A stretch of DNA of 64,000 nucleotides from Bacteroidales bacterium (GCA_038236995.1 JBBRZE010000019.1:2831-66830), one strand, 5' to 3'; numbered from the stretch's first letter, positions 39,068-49,834 are shown. Numbers and translations: made by a program. Notes: generated by a model from the sequence alone, not told the origin.

Positions 39068-39841
39068 ATGAAAAGTCTTTACTTGAATCGGATAATATTA
39101 ATCCTGCTGTTATTGAATAGTTTATGGGGAATAGCAAATGGACAGGAAATCACCCTAAAAAACGCCAAACCTGTTTTCATTACGGGGATTACTTACGACA
39201 GCAAGACACATGAACCGTTATCGAATACCAATTTCAAAGTCAATAATAAAAACATCTTTACGACTAATGAATTGGGACGTTTTTCATTTTACGGATCCCC
39301 AAGTGATAGCATAGAATTTACTTATATGGGTTACCAACCAACAATGCTCGTAATACCTGATACACTAAAATCGGAAGAGTATGTGGTTGGAGTATTCATG
39401 TATGAACAACCGATAAAACTTGCAGAGATTGTCATCTTGCCCAGGATGCCCGAAACCTCGATGATCATAACACCGGTTAAGACGGATCAAAAAACAATGG
39501 ATATCGCACAAAGCCATGCGAATGATGCAGTTGTTAAAGGACTAACCCAATATTCAAAGGTATACGATGCCGATATGAATGCAAAAAAAGCGATACGAAA
39601 TAACCAAATGCGTACCGAATACAAAGGAATGCTCGTCTCACCTGAGAATTCTGTTGGCGTATCAACCCAAAGCTACAGAACGTACAGTATCATCTACGGA
39701 TCACCAATTACCACGCCTCACAAAATTGCCAAAGAGATGGTTTCTAACAATGAAAGTGCAATTTTACTTGAGCACTTCGACGCCATAAATAGAATAATGC
39801 TGGAGCCGGAAACTGTTACCGATACGATTGTCACTAAGTAA
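39068..39841 (+). CDS. Exported hypothetical protein with CarboxypepD_reg-like N-terminal domain
   Basis: 257 aa. Signal peptide, then 'ITGITYDSKTHEPLSNTNFKV...FTYMGYQP'. Confidence 0.4.
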   Translation: MKSLYLNRIILILLLLNSLWGIANGQEITLKNAKPVFITGITYDSKTHEPLSNTNFKVNNKNIFTTNELGRFSFYGSPSDSIEFTYMGYQPTMLVIPDTLKSEEYVVGVFMYEQPIKLAEIVILPRMPETSMIITPVKTDQKTMDIAQSHANDAVVKGLTQYSKVYDADMNAKKAIRNNQMRTEYKGMLVSPENSVGVSTQSYRTYSIIYGSPITTPHKIAKEMVSNNESAILLEHFDAINRIMLEPETVTDTIVTK

Positions 39842-39906
39842 TAATTCAAAATCGAACAGTTCGGCTATTTTCTACCGCAAAAGGTAAGCCATTGATTTTT
39901 AGTTCC

Positions 39907-40818
39907 CTATTTCCTCACAAACATGGCCTTAATAATATGCCAAACCATATTCGGATTTTCTTTAAGACGACGTGTCGAATAACTGAACCACTGTTTTCCG
40001 TAGGGGACGTAAACCCGTATCCTGTGTCCGCGATCGACAATTGATTGCCTTAATTTAGGTGTTACGCCATATAGCATTTGAAATTCATACTTATCTTTGG
40101 GAATATTCAACTCACTGATTAATTCATACGCCTTATCAATCAAATATTTATCATGAGTAGCAATACCAACGTAAATTCCGTTTTGGAGCATAAAACGTAA
40201 ATCTTCAATATAATGATCCCTTATTTCCTGATAGCCTTTGTATGCGATTCGCTCGTCTTCAATATAAATTCCTTTGCAAAGTCTGAAACTCAAAGGGGCT
40301 TCCGGGAGGTTTAAATCCATCAGGTTTCTGACATCTTCAAGTGTCCGGCGCATGTATGCCTGTACAACTAATCCGACCCGTGTGGGGAATTCCAATTTTA
40401 AGCGTCTGAAAATCGCAATTTCATTGGAGGTACATTCTGAATCCTCCATATCGATTCTTATAAAGGAGTTGCACTGATCGGCAACTTCAACAATATCATA
40501 TAAGTTTCGGTAGCAAGCCTCCAGATCGAGCAACAGACCAAACATGGATGGTTTCACAGAAAAATGGCCATCTATTTTTTCATCCGTAAATCGTTTAATC
40601 AAATCGATATAATGCCTCTTATAGTTTTCTGCATCTGAGAGATTCTTACTGTACTCACCAAGTAAGTCTACTGAAACCATAATTCCGTTTTGGTTTAGCG
40701 CACGCGATTCTGCAAGTGCATCAGTGATATATTCTCCTGCGATATAACGTTTTGAAAAAACCCACACAATTTTCTCAGGGAAATAGGGAAGCATTTTAGC
40801 AATTAAAGTATTGATCAT
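39907..40818 (-). CDS. Proline dehydrogenase family protein
   Basis: 303 aa TIM-barrel PRODH pattern ('VSVDLLGE', 'IRIDMEDS', 'FQMLYGV'). Confidence 0.7.
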   Translation of the reverse strand: MINTLIAKMLPYFPEKIVWVFSKRYIAGEYITDALAESRALNQNGIMVSVDLLGEYSKNLSDAENYKRHYIDLIKRFTDEKIDGHFSVKPSMFGLLLDLEACYRNLYDIVEVADQCNSFIRIDMEDSECTSNEIAIFRRLKLEFPTRVGLVVQAYMRRTLEDVRNLMDLNLPEAPLSFRLCKGIYIEDERIAYKGYQEIRDHYIEDLRFMLQNGIYVGIATHDKYLIDKAYELISELNIPKDKYEFQMLYGVTPKLRQSIVDRGHRIRVYVPYGKQWFSYSTRRLKENPNMVWHIIKAMFVRK

Positions 40819-41100
40819 TTTTTTGTCGGATTAGCCTTGAAATTCTATTATTGTTAAACTTTGTAAAAATATGGCGCTATTACCGGATGATCTATGATGT
40901 TTATCAATACATATGACCAATTTTAATATTTTTACATGACGTAAGGAATCCTTAATGTTTGAGCGAAGTTCAATCCCAACTTAATTGAAATTATTTTTGG
41001 ATGATTTTGCTGGTTAAAACAAAAATATTTAAGGTAGTTTTACGCTTCAACTTTTCAATTATATTTGTCACGCAAAATTTTTACATAGAATAAAACATAA

Positions 41101-41700
41101 ATGCTTTTTATGAAGAACTCGACTATTGTGAATATCGTTTTGGCGCTTGCAGTTGCAGGTCTTTACATTATTTATTTCACAGGTAATAAAAAAGACAAAT
41201 CGACTGAGGCTAATATGGTAAAAGGGGAAGACAAACCTTTGACCATTGCGTATGTGAAAATGGATTCGATGCTTTTCACCTACGAACTTGCTAAAAAATT
41301 AAATTCCCAATTTGCAGAGAAAAGGGAATCTTATAAAAAAGAGTACACGGATAAACGGATTAAATTCGAGCGGGATTTGGCATCCTTTCAGGAAAAAGTT
41401 CAGCGTGGCGGATTCTTAACAGAAGACCGTGCTCGTCAGGAACAGGAACGTCTGGGAGCTGTTCAGCAGGAAATCCAAAAGATGGATTATGATTTCACAC
41501 AGAAATTAAGTGAAATACAAGGGCAAATCAATCAGCAAATTGTCGACAGTATCTCTTCATTCTTGAAAAGCTATAACGAAGCAAAGAAATATGACGTTAT
41601 TTTAAACAGTGCTAGTATGCTGGAGGGTTCTCCTCAATTCAACATAACGAAAGAGGTCACTCAGGGATTGAATGATAGGTATAAATCCTTTACAAAATAA
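41101..41700 (+). CDS. OmpH/Skp-family periplasmic chaperone
   Basis: 199 aa. N-terminal anchor/signal, then a long coiled-coil rich in K/E/Q ('KIAYVKMDSML...'), typical of OmpH. Confidence 0.75.
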   Translation: MLFMKNSTIVNIVLALAVAGLYIIYFTGNKKDKSTEANMVKGEDKPLTIAYVKMDSMLFTYELAKKLNSQFAEKRESYKKEYTDKRIKFERDLASFQEKVQRGGFLTEDRARQEQERLGAVQQEIQKMDYDFTQKLSEIQGQINQQIVDSISSFLKSYNEAKKYDVILNSASMLEGSPQFNITKEVTQGLNDRYKSFTK

Positions 41701-41713
41701 AAAAATAAGAGAC

Positions 41714-41753
41714 CCGTCTGTCCTTCAGATGACCGGACAGACGGTTTTTTTTC
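41714..41753 (+). terminator. Rho-independent terminator after the ompH-like gene
   Basis: Perfect 10-bp stem CCGTCTGTCC / GGACAGACGG (41714-41723 / 41735-41744) followed by T9. Confidence 0.85.
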
Positions 41754-41756
41754 TTA

Positions 41757-43034
41757 ATGGATATTCTTCAACACTATATCGTTCAGCAAACCGATCAATA
41801 TTCAAGATGCCTTGACCATCCTATAAAGGGAGCTTCAATTTTTTTCGTGATCCCTTGTTACAACGAGCCTGATATACTTACAACGCTCAATTCACTCGCC
41901 GCCTGCAATCCTCCAACAGCTAAAATATCGGTGCTTATAGTCATCAACGACGCAGAAGACTCCTCTGCAGTGGCTATTGCACAGAATGAATTAACATCAA
42001 AATGTATAGTGCAATGGCAATTACAACATCAGCAATTATTTTTTGATGTACAACGAATAGTAGCTTCTTCCCTTCCAAAAAAATGGGCGGGTGTTGGTTG
42101 GGCTCGAAAAATCGGGATGGACGAAGCTGTCAAACAAATTGTTAAAAACAATATTACGGATGGAATACTAGTTTCTTTCGATGCAGACAGTACAGTTTTA
42201 CCAAACTACCTGCGAACGATTGAATCTGCCTTTAATGATCACCCGACGTACAACTTCTTTACAATTCGTTTCGAACATCCTTTTCATGATCAGGCGTTAA
42301 GTGAATCATTTCGCGAAGGGATTATCCGTTACGAACTCCATATGCGTTATTATAGAAACGCTTTACAATGGACCGGCTACCCTCATCCAATTCACACAGT
42401 CGGTTCGAGCTTTGCCTTAAAAGCATCAGCATATGCCAAACAAGGGGGGATGAACAGACGGAAAGCAGGCGAAGATTTTTATTTTTTGCACAAACTGGTA
42501 TTACTTGGCCATTATGGGAATATCAATTCCACAACTGTTTTTCCGGCCGCCCGTCAATCCGACCGGGTACCATTCGGAACAGGTGCAGCCATGAAAAAAT
42601 GGATTGAAGGGAGTCCTGAATTGAATTTTACCTATTCACTCAAAGCATTCGGCAATCTAAAACCGTTGTTTTCGAATATTTCTCAATTTTGGCAAATGGA
42701 ATCTTCCGAAATAGAAAAAGTAATCGGAACGATGCATCCTACCTTGCAATCATTTTGTAAAAACTCCCAAACGATTGATAAACTGATCGAACTACGAAGT
42801 AACTGCTCAAACGTAAAAGTCCTCGAAAAAAGGGTGTTTCATTTGATGGATGCATTTTGGATTTTAAAATATCTGAATTTTGCACACGACACATCTTATA
42901 TTCACGGTGACCTTCAAGCCGAAGCGACTAATCTACTGCAACATATTGGAATTCAGGCCGAAAATAATTTTACACTTGAAAATCTTCTTGAAATTTACAG
43001 AAATTTAGATACAAGAATTGAAAATTGTAGTTAG
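41757..43034 (+). CDS. GT2-like (GT-A fold) glycosyltransferase, soluble
   Basis: 425 aa. 'FFVIPCYNEPD', 'SFDADS' (DxD-like) and 'GEDFYFLHK'. Confidence 0.6.
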   Translation: MDILQHYIVQQTDQYSRCLDHPIKGASIFFVIPCYNEPDILTTLNSLAACNPPTAKISVLIVINDAEDSSAVAIAQNELTSKCIVQWQLQHQQLFFDVQRIVASSLPKKWAGVGWARKIGMDEAVKQIVKNNITDGILVSFDADSTVLPNYLRTIESAFNDHPTYNFFTIRFEHPFHDQALSESFREGIIRYELHMRYYRNALQWTGYPHPIHTVGSSFALKASAYAKQGGMNRRKAGEDFYFLHKLVLLGHYGNINSTTVFPAARQSDRVPFGTGAAMKKWIEGSPELNFTYSLKAFGNLKPLFSNISQFWQMESSEIEKVIGTMHPTLQSFCKNSQTIDKLIELRSNCSNVKVLEKRVFHLMDAFWILKYLNFAHDTSYIHGDLQAEATNLLQHIGIQAENNFTLENLLEIYRNLDTRIENCS

Positions 43035-43059
43035 CTTTGCCGGCTAAAATATATAGAAG

Positions 43060-43290
43060 ATGATCACGTTAAAAATTGTCCTGATTGCAATAGCCCTGGT
43101 TTCAACAGCTATTCTTGCATTATCAATCCGGATTGTACTTGTAAAAGATGGAAAATTCCCTGAGACGCATATAAGCAGAAATCCTGAGATGAAGAAAAAA
43201 GGTATTCTTTGTGTAAAAGCAATGGATGGGATGGACCAGGCAAAAGCTGAAATTCAGAACAGATACAAAAATGTTACTGTAGTAAAGTGA
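43060..43290 (+). CDS. Small single-pass membrane protein, function unknown
   Basis: 76 aa with one N-terminal TM helix. Sits 25 nt after the preceding GT gene. Confidence 0.4.
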   Translation: MITLKIVLIAIALVSTAILALSIRIVLVKDGKFPETHISRNPEMKKKGILCVKAMDGMDQAKAEIQNRYKNVTVVK

Positions 43291-43456
43291 ACTGAATTTT
43301 TAATATTCCGGTCTCTACCAGAACTTTAAGTCATATATTATTTAGCACTAAATACTACTTTTTGATTCTTTACAAAAATAATTACCCGAAATATTACAAG
43401 ACGGACACAATTCTTAAATATTCAAATGTTACATTTGCCCCGATAATTTTTCGGTA

Positions 43457-44155
43457 ATGGATTTAAAATTTAGAAAAGCATCTGACATATATAAGATAAT
43501 TAGGGAAAACAAGTATTTTTTACTTCCGTTCATTCTTTCAATTTCTTTAATTTCAGCTCTTTTAGGAATTTACGGTAACGAACGTTTATTCCTTCATTTA
43601 AATGGTCTCCACTCAAAGTTTGCTGATTTCTTTTTTCTATTCTCTACCAACCTGGGAGATGGAATTATTGCTTTTTTTCTTGTGGTAATTTTGCTTTGGG
43701 TTTCCTTTCGAGATGCCCTGACTTTTTTGGTTATAACCATATTAATCACCATTACTGTAACCATATTGAAAAATGTCTTTTTTCCCGAATTTTATCGTCC
43801 TGTAGCATATTTCGAATACACTGAGGCAGTAAGACTTGTAACAGGTTATGATCCCCCAATGTATTGTACTTTCCCCTCAGGTCATTCAGCTACAGCTTTT
43901 AGTGTTTATTTCTATTTGTCTATATTGAGCAAAAAACAAATTGTAAAATTCTTTTTGTTTGTCATTGCGTTTTTGGTGGCCTATTCGCGGATTTATCTGT
44001 CGGCTCATTTCCCTGAAGATGTAGTTGTAGGTTCCTCTATCGCAGTAACAATCACAATTTTGTGTTATTATTTTGGCCAACAATTAAAAAGTAGAAGGCT
44101 GAATAAGAAACTCGTATTTAAACCTAAGATTTCTGTCAGACAATTACCGATATGA
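43457..44155 (+). CDS. PAP2-family lipid phosphatase
   Basis: 232 aa. 'PSGHSATAF' and 'SRIYLSAHFPEDV' are acid-phosphatase motifs C2/C3. Polytopic. Confidence 0.8.
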   Translation: MDLKFRKASDIYKIIRENKYFLLPFILSISLISALLGIYGNERLFLHLNGLHSKFADFFFLFSTNLGDGIIAFFLVVILLWVSFRDALTFLVITILITITVTILKNVFFPEFYRPVAYFEYTEAVRLVTGYDPPMYCTFPSGHSATAFSVYFYLSILSKKQIVKFFLFVIAFLVAYSRIYLSAHFPEDVVVGSSIAVTITILCYYFGQQLKSRRLNKKLVFKPKISVRQLPI

Positions 44156-45795
44156 TCCGAAACATTTCGATAGAAACCCGGTTCAGGGTTTTAATTATTT
44201 TCATAGGCCTTCTTCTGTTTCTGCCTTTTAATGGGTTGGTTCATTTGTTCGATTGGGATGAGATTAATTTTGCAGAATCGGCCCGCGAGATGATTACAAC
44301 CGGCGATTACAGTACCGTGCGTATCAACTTTATTCCTTTTTGGGAAAAACCTCCGCTATTTATATGGATGCAAGTTTTGAGCATGAAATTTTTTGGAATA
44401 AATGAGTTTGCAGCCAGGTTTCCCAATACAATATGTGGTGTGCTGACCTTGCTTTCGTTGTTTGAAATAGGTAAAGTTCTAAGAAATTATAAATTTGGAT
44501 TGCTTTGGGCTTTGACATATGGAGCATCAGTTTTACCATTTTTATATTTCAAATCAGGAATTATCGATCCGTGGTTTAACCTTTTTATCTTCACTTCATT
44601 ATATTTCGCATTTAAGCACTTTAATCAAAGAGAATCGAACCCAAAGGGGTTTTTAAATGTGATTTTATCAGCCGGCATTCTGGGTTTGGCCGTCTTGACA
44701 AAAGGACCCGTTGCAATTTTGCTATTTGGAGTTACGCTCCTCATATTCATTTTGATACAACGAAAAATAAAATCATTAAAATGGATCGATATATTGATAT
44801 TCACCCTCGTTTTAATTATTACCGGAGGATCTTATCACATCTATCAAATGTTTTTAGGAAACTGGCAGTTGATATACGATTTTTTCATTTATCAGCTACG
44901 ACTGATGAAAACTGAGGATGCCGGACATGGTGGAAGTATTTTGTATCATCCATTGGTATTGTTTATTGGTGTATTTCCTACCTCCATTCTGGCATTAAAT
45001 GTTTTTTTCAGAAAGGTCAATATCAATATTGATTATAAAAGATTAATGGTAATATTGTTCCTGGTTGTGCTAGTGATTTTTTCGTTGGTTCAAACAAAAA
45101 TTGTCCATTACAGTTCACTATGCTATTTCCCGCTTAGCTACCTCGCTGCAGTTTCGGTTTATGATATCTGTTACAAGGGGGGAGTCCTTAACACCTTGAC
45201 GAAATTGCTTCTTTTGGTGGTAGGTTTTGTTTACGCAATCATCCCTGGCTTATTGCAATTAATAACTACTACGATATCACCCGATGTATTAAAAAAGTTT
45301 ATCAACGACGATTTTGCTTTAGCATGTATTAACAGCACAGTTAGTTGGAGCGGATTCGAGTTCATCCTGGGTTTGGCATTTGGAGTAATCCTGATCGTCT
45401 CTGTATTTTATTTGCACGGGATCAAACAAATACTTACCATTTATAGCAGTACCGCCATATTTATATTCATGTTTATGTTTGTATTGGTTCCTAAGATTGA
45501 GAAGTATTCTCAGGGAGCTGCTATTGAGTTTATTTCAGCCTTTAAAGGTAAACCCGTATGGGTTTCCACTTTGGGTTATTATAGTTATGCCCCCTATTTT
45601 TACGCAGATAAACAGAAAAGAGCCACCACAGAAATTGACGAGACAGAATTTTTACTGCATGGCAACACAGGTTGCGATGTTTATTTTGTCACCAAGATAA
45701 CCGAATTGCAAACAATTCTCGTTGAATATCCTCAACTTGCAGTTGTTGAGCAAAAGGGCGGATTTGTATTGCTTAAACGAATATTTAACAAATAA
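44152..45795 (+). CDS. ArnT/PMT-like GT-C glycosyltransferase (GT39/GT83-like)
   Basis: 547 aa, 12 or more TM segments. First-loop motif 'FDWDEINFAESAREM'. A 4-nt overlap links it to the PAP2 gene. Confidence 0.75.
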   Translation: MIRNISIETRFRVLIIFIGLLLFLPFNGLVHLFDWDEINFAESAREMITTGDYSTVRINFIPFWEKPPLFIWMQVLSMKFFGINEFAARFPNTICGVLTLLSLFEIGKVLRNYKFGLLWALTYGASVLPFLYFKSGIIDPWFNLFIFTSLYFAFKHFNQRESNPKGFLNVILSAGILGLAVLTKGPVAILLFGVTLLIFILIQRKIKSLKWIDILIFTLVLIITGGSYHIYQMFLGNWQLIYDFFIYQLRLMKTEDAGHGGSILYHPLVLFIGVFPTSILALNVFFRKVNINIDYKRLMVILFLVVLVIFSLVQTKIVHYSSLCYFPLSYLAAVSVYDICYKGGVLNTLTKLLLLVVGFVYAIIPGLLQLITTTISPDVLKKFINDDFALACINSTVSWSGFEFILGLAFGVILIVSVFYLHGIKQILTIYSSTAIFIFMFMFVLVPKIEKYSQGAAIEFISAFKGKPVWVSTLGYYSYAPYFYADKQKRATTEIDETEFLLHGNTGCDVYFVTKITELQTILVEYPQLAVVEQKGGFVLLKRIFNK

Positions 45796-45798
45796 TAA

Positions 45799-46542
45799 AT
45801 GATACTTAACAAAACCGTTGCAGTTGTAATGCCTGCATATAATGCTGAAGAGACGCTTGAAATTACTCTGAGCGAAGTTCCGATGGATATTGTTGATTAC
45901 GTGATTCTTGTTGATGATTGTAGCAGTGATGAAACCAGCAAATTAGCGTCAAAGCTTAATATCCAGTATGTGATTAAGCATGATAAGAACAAAGGATATG
46001 GAGGCAATCAAAAAACTTGTTATAACAAAGCTCTTGAAATAAACGCGGATATCGTAGTGATGTTGCATCCTGATTACCAATATACGCCTAAGCTCATTCA
46101 TTCAATGTGCTATCTTATTGCAAATGATGTCTATCCTGTTGTTTTTGGGAGCAGGATCTTAGGCGTGGGTGCGGTCAAAGGTGGAATGCCTGTATACAAA
46201 TTCATTGCAAACAGGTTTCTTACCTTATTTCAAAACCTGGTCTTGTGGCAAAAATTATCGGAATATCACACTGGTTACAGGGCATTTAACACCGAGGTAC
46301 TGCGGAAAATCAATTACGAGGATAATTCGGATGATTTTATTTTCGACAATGAAATGATTGCCCAGATTTTTAGTGCTGGATATGAAATCGCTGAAATCAC
46401 CTGTCCTACACGATATTTTAAGGAAGCTTCGTCAATTAGCTTTCTTAGAAGTGTAAAATATGGATTTGGAGTTTTAAAAGTGTCGATCCTTTACAGACTG
46501 CACAAGTGGAATATAATTAAATACAGACTATTAGAGAGATAA
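45799..46542 (+). CDS. GT2 polyprenyl-phosphate sugar synthase-like glycosyltransferase (no TM tail)
   Basis: 247 aa. 'VAVVMPAYNAEETL', 'LVDDCSSDET' and 'MLHPDYQYTP'. Confidence 0.8.
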   Translation: MILNKTVAVVMPAYNAEETLEITLSEVPMDIVDYVILVDDCSSDETSKLASKLNIQYVIKHDKNKGYGGNQKTCYNKALEINADIVVMLHPDYQYTPKLIHSMCYLIANDVYPVVFGSRILGVGAVKGGMPVYKFIANRFLTLFQNLVLWQKLSEYHTGYRAFNTEVLRKINYEDNSDDFIFDNEMIAQIFSAGYEIAEITCPTRYFKEASSISFLRSVKYGFGVLKVSILYRLHKWNIIKYRLLER

Positions 46543-46595
46543 TATTCTGCTTTAGGGAGAACCTGAATTACAACTATCCCTTATGTCTCAACTTT

Positions 46596-46638
46596 GAAAA
46601 AACAGGGTGTCCCATTGTCTGAGACACCCTATTTTATT
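46596..46638. terminator. Bidirectional intrinsic terminator between convergent genes
   Basis: AGGGTGTC (46604-46611) / GACACCCT (46623-46630), flanked by an A run upstream and ATTTTATT downstream. This places a U tract after the stem on both strands. Confidence 0.7.
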
Positions 46639-46957
46639 ATTCAATTGTGATCATCACCGTATTTTTGGGAATCCGGTCACCTTTTGCAACATTGATGCTT
46701 TTAATTACACCATCAAAAGGCATTTGCACCTTCGTGTACATCTTCATTGCTTCGAGCGTCAATAACATATCACCCTCTTTGCATTTCTGTCCGGGACTTG
46801 CAAAAACTTCAATTACAGATCCAGGGATAATTGAACGAACCTCTTTGGGATCGGACTTCTGCCACTTTTTACGTTTATCAAATTTCGTAGTCGTCAATGT
46901 CAGATATTTGGCACTGTTAACAACGAAATCCTGATATTTAGAGTTATTTTCTTCCAT
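46637..46957 (-). CDS. Biotin carboxyl-carrier (biotinyl-domain) protein
   Basis: 106 aa. Biotinylation motif 'TLEAMKMYT' within a lipoyl/biotinyl fold. Confidence 0.75.
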   Translation of the reverse strand: MEENNSKYQDFVVNSAKYLTLTTTKFDKRKKWQKSDPKEVRSIIPGSVIEVFASPGQKCKEGDMLLTLEAMKMYTKVQMPFDGVIKSINVAKGDRIPKNTVMITIE

Positions 46958-46986
46958 AATTAAATTTTATTTCACAAAAATACCGA

Positions 46987-48531
46987 TCAAAATGGTGGAA
47001 TACCATGTTTCTTAGCAGGACGCTGATCAACTTTACTACCCGAAACTTCGAGTGAGTGGATCAATCTTGCCCTTGTCTCCGATGGTTCAATCACTTCATC
47101 GATGTATCCTTTCGCTGCAGCAACAAACGGATTTGCAAACTTATCTTTGTACTCCTGAATTTTTTGCTTCCTCATTTCCGCAGGATTTTCTGCTTCGTCA
47201 ATCTCTTTCTTAAAAACAATATTCGCTGCTCCCTCAGGCCCCATCACAGCGATTTCTGCAGTTGGCCAGGCGAAGACAAAGTCCGCTCCAAGGTGACGTG
47301 AATTCATTGCAATATAACCACCACCATAAGCTTTACGAATAATAATTGTTACTTTTGGTACAGTAGCTTCACTGTAAGCATAGAGTAATTTTGCACCGTG
47401 CCTGATTACTCCGGCATGTTCCTGGTCGACACCCGGCAAATAACCTGGCATATCTTCCAATGTCACAATCGGAATACCAAATGCATCACAATATCGGATA
47501 AAGCGCGCGGCTTTATCGGAGCTGTCACAATCAAGTACTCCAGCTAAATACATTGGCTGATTAGCAACAAATCCAATTGTATTTCCCTGAATTCGCCCGA
47601 AGCCTATAACAATGTTCTTCGCAAAATATTCCATAATTTCAAAAAAGTCAGATCCATCAGTCACTGCTTTGATGATATCGCGAATATCGTAAGGAAGGTG
47701 CGGATCAACTGGAACAATCTCCTCAATGCTTTTCTTTAAAAGTGGTTCCTGAATCGGAAATTTAAGTGCCTTTTGAGCATTGTTCCATGGGATGAAGGTA
47801 ATCAGCTTTTTGATTTGCTCGAAACACTCGTCTTCACTTTTAGCGAAGAAATGTGCATTTCCTGTTATCTCACTATGAACCATAGCCCCACCAAGCTCCT
47901 CCATCGAAATTTCTTCGCCAAGGACGCTTTTGATAACACCGGGACCAGTGATAAACATTTTCGAAATATTTTCAACTACAAATACAAAGTCTGTAAGTGC
48001 AGGCGAATACACTGCACCACCGGCACATGGACCGAGGATAACAGAGATCTGGGGAATTACTCCTGATGCAATCGTATTACGGTAAAATATTTCACCATAT
48101 CCGGCAAGTGAGTTTACACCTTCCTGAATACGTGCACCACCCGAATCATTAATCCCGATTAGCGGAACACGCATTTTCAGCGCGTGATCCATAATTTTTG
48201 TAATCTTACGTGCATGCATAAGTCCCAATGATCCCCCTGCTACCGTAAAATCCTGTGCATAGATTGCCACAGGTTGATTGTACATGGTTCCGGTTCCAAT
48301 GATTACACCATCACCATGTAATACTTTTTTCTCCATGTCGAAATCACGGCCTGTGTGTTCAACAAAAAGATCGTACTCGTGAAAAGAATTCTCGTCCAGA
48401 ATAGCTTTTATCCTTTCACGGGCAGTCTTCTTACCCATGGCCACCTGCTTCTCGATGGCTTTTTCGCCACCTCCCTGCTGGGCCTCCTTTTTTCTCTTCC
48501 GGAGGTCAAGGATGTTTCTCTTAAATGACAT
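46987..48531 (-). CDS. Acyl-CoA carboxylase carboxyltransferase subunit (methylmalonyl-/propionyl-CoA type)
   Basis: 514 aa. 'DSGGARIQEGV', 'GPCAGGAVYSPALTDF' and 'RKAYGGGYIAM' are typical of the family. Confidence 0.85.
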   Translation of the reverse strand: MSFKRNILDLRKRKKEAQQGGGEKAIEKQVAMGKKTARERIKAILDENSFHEYDLFVEHTGRDFDMEKKVLHGDGVIIGTGTMYNQPVAIYAQDFTVAGGSLGLMHARKITKIMDHALKMRVPLIGINDSGGARIQEGVNSLAGYGEIFYRNTIASGVIPQISVILGPCAGGAVYSPALTDFVFVVENISKMFITGPGVIKSVLGEEISMEELGGAMVHSEITGNAHFFAKSEDECFEQIKKLITFIPWNNAQKALKFPIQEPLLKKSIEEIVPVDPHLPYDIRDIIKAVTDGSDFFEIMEYFAKNIVIGFGRIQGNTIGFVANQPMYLAGVLDCDSSDKAARFIRYCDAFGIPIVTLEDMPGYLPGVDQEHAGVIRHGAKLLYAYSEATVPKVTIIIRKAYGGGYIAMNSRHLGADFVFAWPTAEIAVMGPEGAANIVFKKEIDEAENPAEMRKQKIQEYKDKFANPFVAAAKGYIDEVIEPSETRARLIHSLEVSGSKVDQRPAKKHGIPPF

Positions 48532-48706
48532 AAGTGCGTTTTAAATTACTAATTCATCGTTTATTACCAGAGTCAAACATTGATTGGTCTAAAAAATCCG
48601 GTTGCAAAAATACAACATTTTAGACTTTTAACTACCTGATTTTAAAATAAAACTTTACTAAATCTTTATGAATCAAAGAATAGACCATGCTGGTAAAATA
48701 TTCTAA

Positions 48707-49798
48707 CTATTTTGAAGCCCACCTGTAAAGGCCAATTGCAATCACTGAATATATAATATTTGGAAGCCAAACTGCAAGAAGCGTATTAAATCCTACTTTG
48801 ACGGCAAAGATCGTAGAAACCTGCATAAACATGATGTATGAAAAGCTCAGCAATAAGCCAAGTCCTAATTGCAGTCCCATCCCCCCTCTCATCCGGCGCG
48901 AAGCAAGTGAAACACCTATCACTGACAAAATAAAGGTACTTAACGGCTGCGCAGTACGTTTGTATTTTTCTTGTTCATAACGGGCAACATTGTCAACCCC
49001 GCGAAGTTTTAAATCCTTGATATAAGCATTGAGCTGCCAGTAATCCATTGTCTCTTCCTTACTGTTTTGCTGGCCGAAATCGGAAGGCAACATTCTGAGG
49101 GTGGTATCAATAGCAGTTCCGGTTGTAATTATCTCGACCGGACCTCGCATGTCGCGAACATAATAATTCTGAATCACCCATTTCTTTTTATCTCTATCCC
49201 ATTTAATACTTTCAGCAATCAATTTCGACACCAGCCTTTTATCTTCAAACTTGTCAATAGAGAAACGGTAACCAACATCCAACTTATTATTATAGCTCTG
49301 CATATAAACAAAAAGTCCGGGGTCCAGCTGACGATGAATGTTCCTGTCACTATTGACAAATTCATTATCAATATAGGTATTCCTGAAGTGAACACGCGCA
49401 TCAGTTGCTGACGGAATAATGAAATTTCCCAACAACCACGACATTAAAGCAATAACAGTAGAGGCCATCATAAAAGGCCGCATCAAGCGCATATAAGTAA
49501 CACCGCTTGCCAGAATTGCTATTATTTCAGAGGTATATGCCATTTTGCTTGTGAAATAGATCACCGCAATAAATGTAAATAACGCACTGAACAAATTAGC
49601 GTAATAGGGTATAAAGTTTAAATAGTAATCAACGACGATTGCACGCAAAGGTGCCTTTTTGCTTATAAAATCATCAATGTTTTCGGAGACATCGAAAATT
49701 ATTGAGATACTGATTATTAAGGCAATAGCAAGAAAAAAAGTTCCCAGGTATTTCTTAATGATATACCGGTCAATCCTTTTAATAAATTTTATGACCAT
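48707..49798 (-). CDS. LptF/LptG-family LPS export permease
   Basis: 363 aa. N-terminal 'IDRYIIKKYLGTFFLAI', six TM segments and a central periplasmic domain. Confidence 0.75.
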   Translation of the reverse strand: MVIKFIKRIDRYIIKKYLGTFFLAIALIISISIIFDVSENIDDFISKKAPLRAIVVDYYLNFIPYYANLFSALFTFIAVIYFTSKMAYTSEIIAILASGVTYMRLMRPFMMASTVIALMSWLLGNFIIPSATDARVHFRNTYIDNEFVNSDRNIHRQLDPGLFVYMQSYNNKLDVGYRFSIDKFEDKRLVSKLIAESIKWDRDKKKWVIQNYYVRDMRGPVEIITTGTAIDTTLRMLPSDFGQQNSKEETMDYWQLNAYIKDLKLRGVDNVARYEQEKYKRTAQPLSTFILSVIGVSLASRRMRGGMGLQLGLGLLLSFSYIMFMQVSTIFAVKVGFNTLLAVWLPNIIYSVIAIGLYRWASK

Positions 49799-49834
49799 TC
49801 GTCTTAATTTATATTTAACATTAAGCCACTAAAT

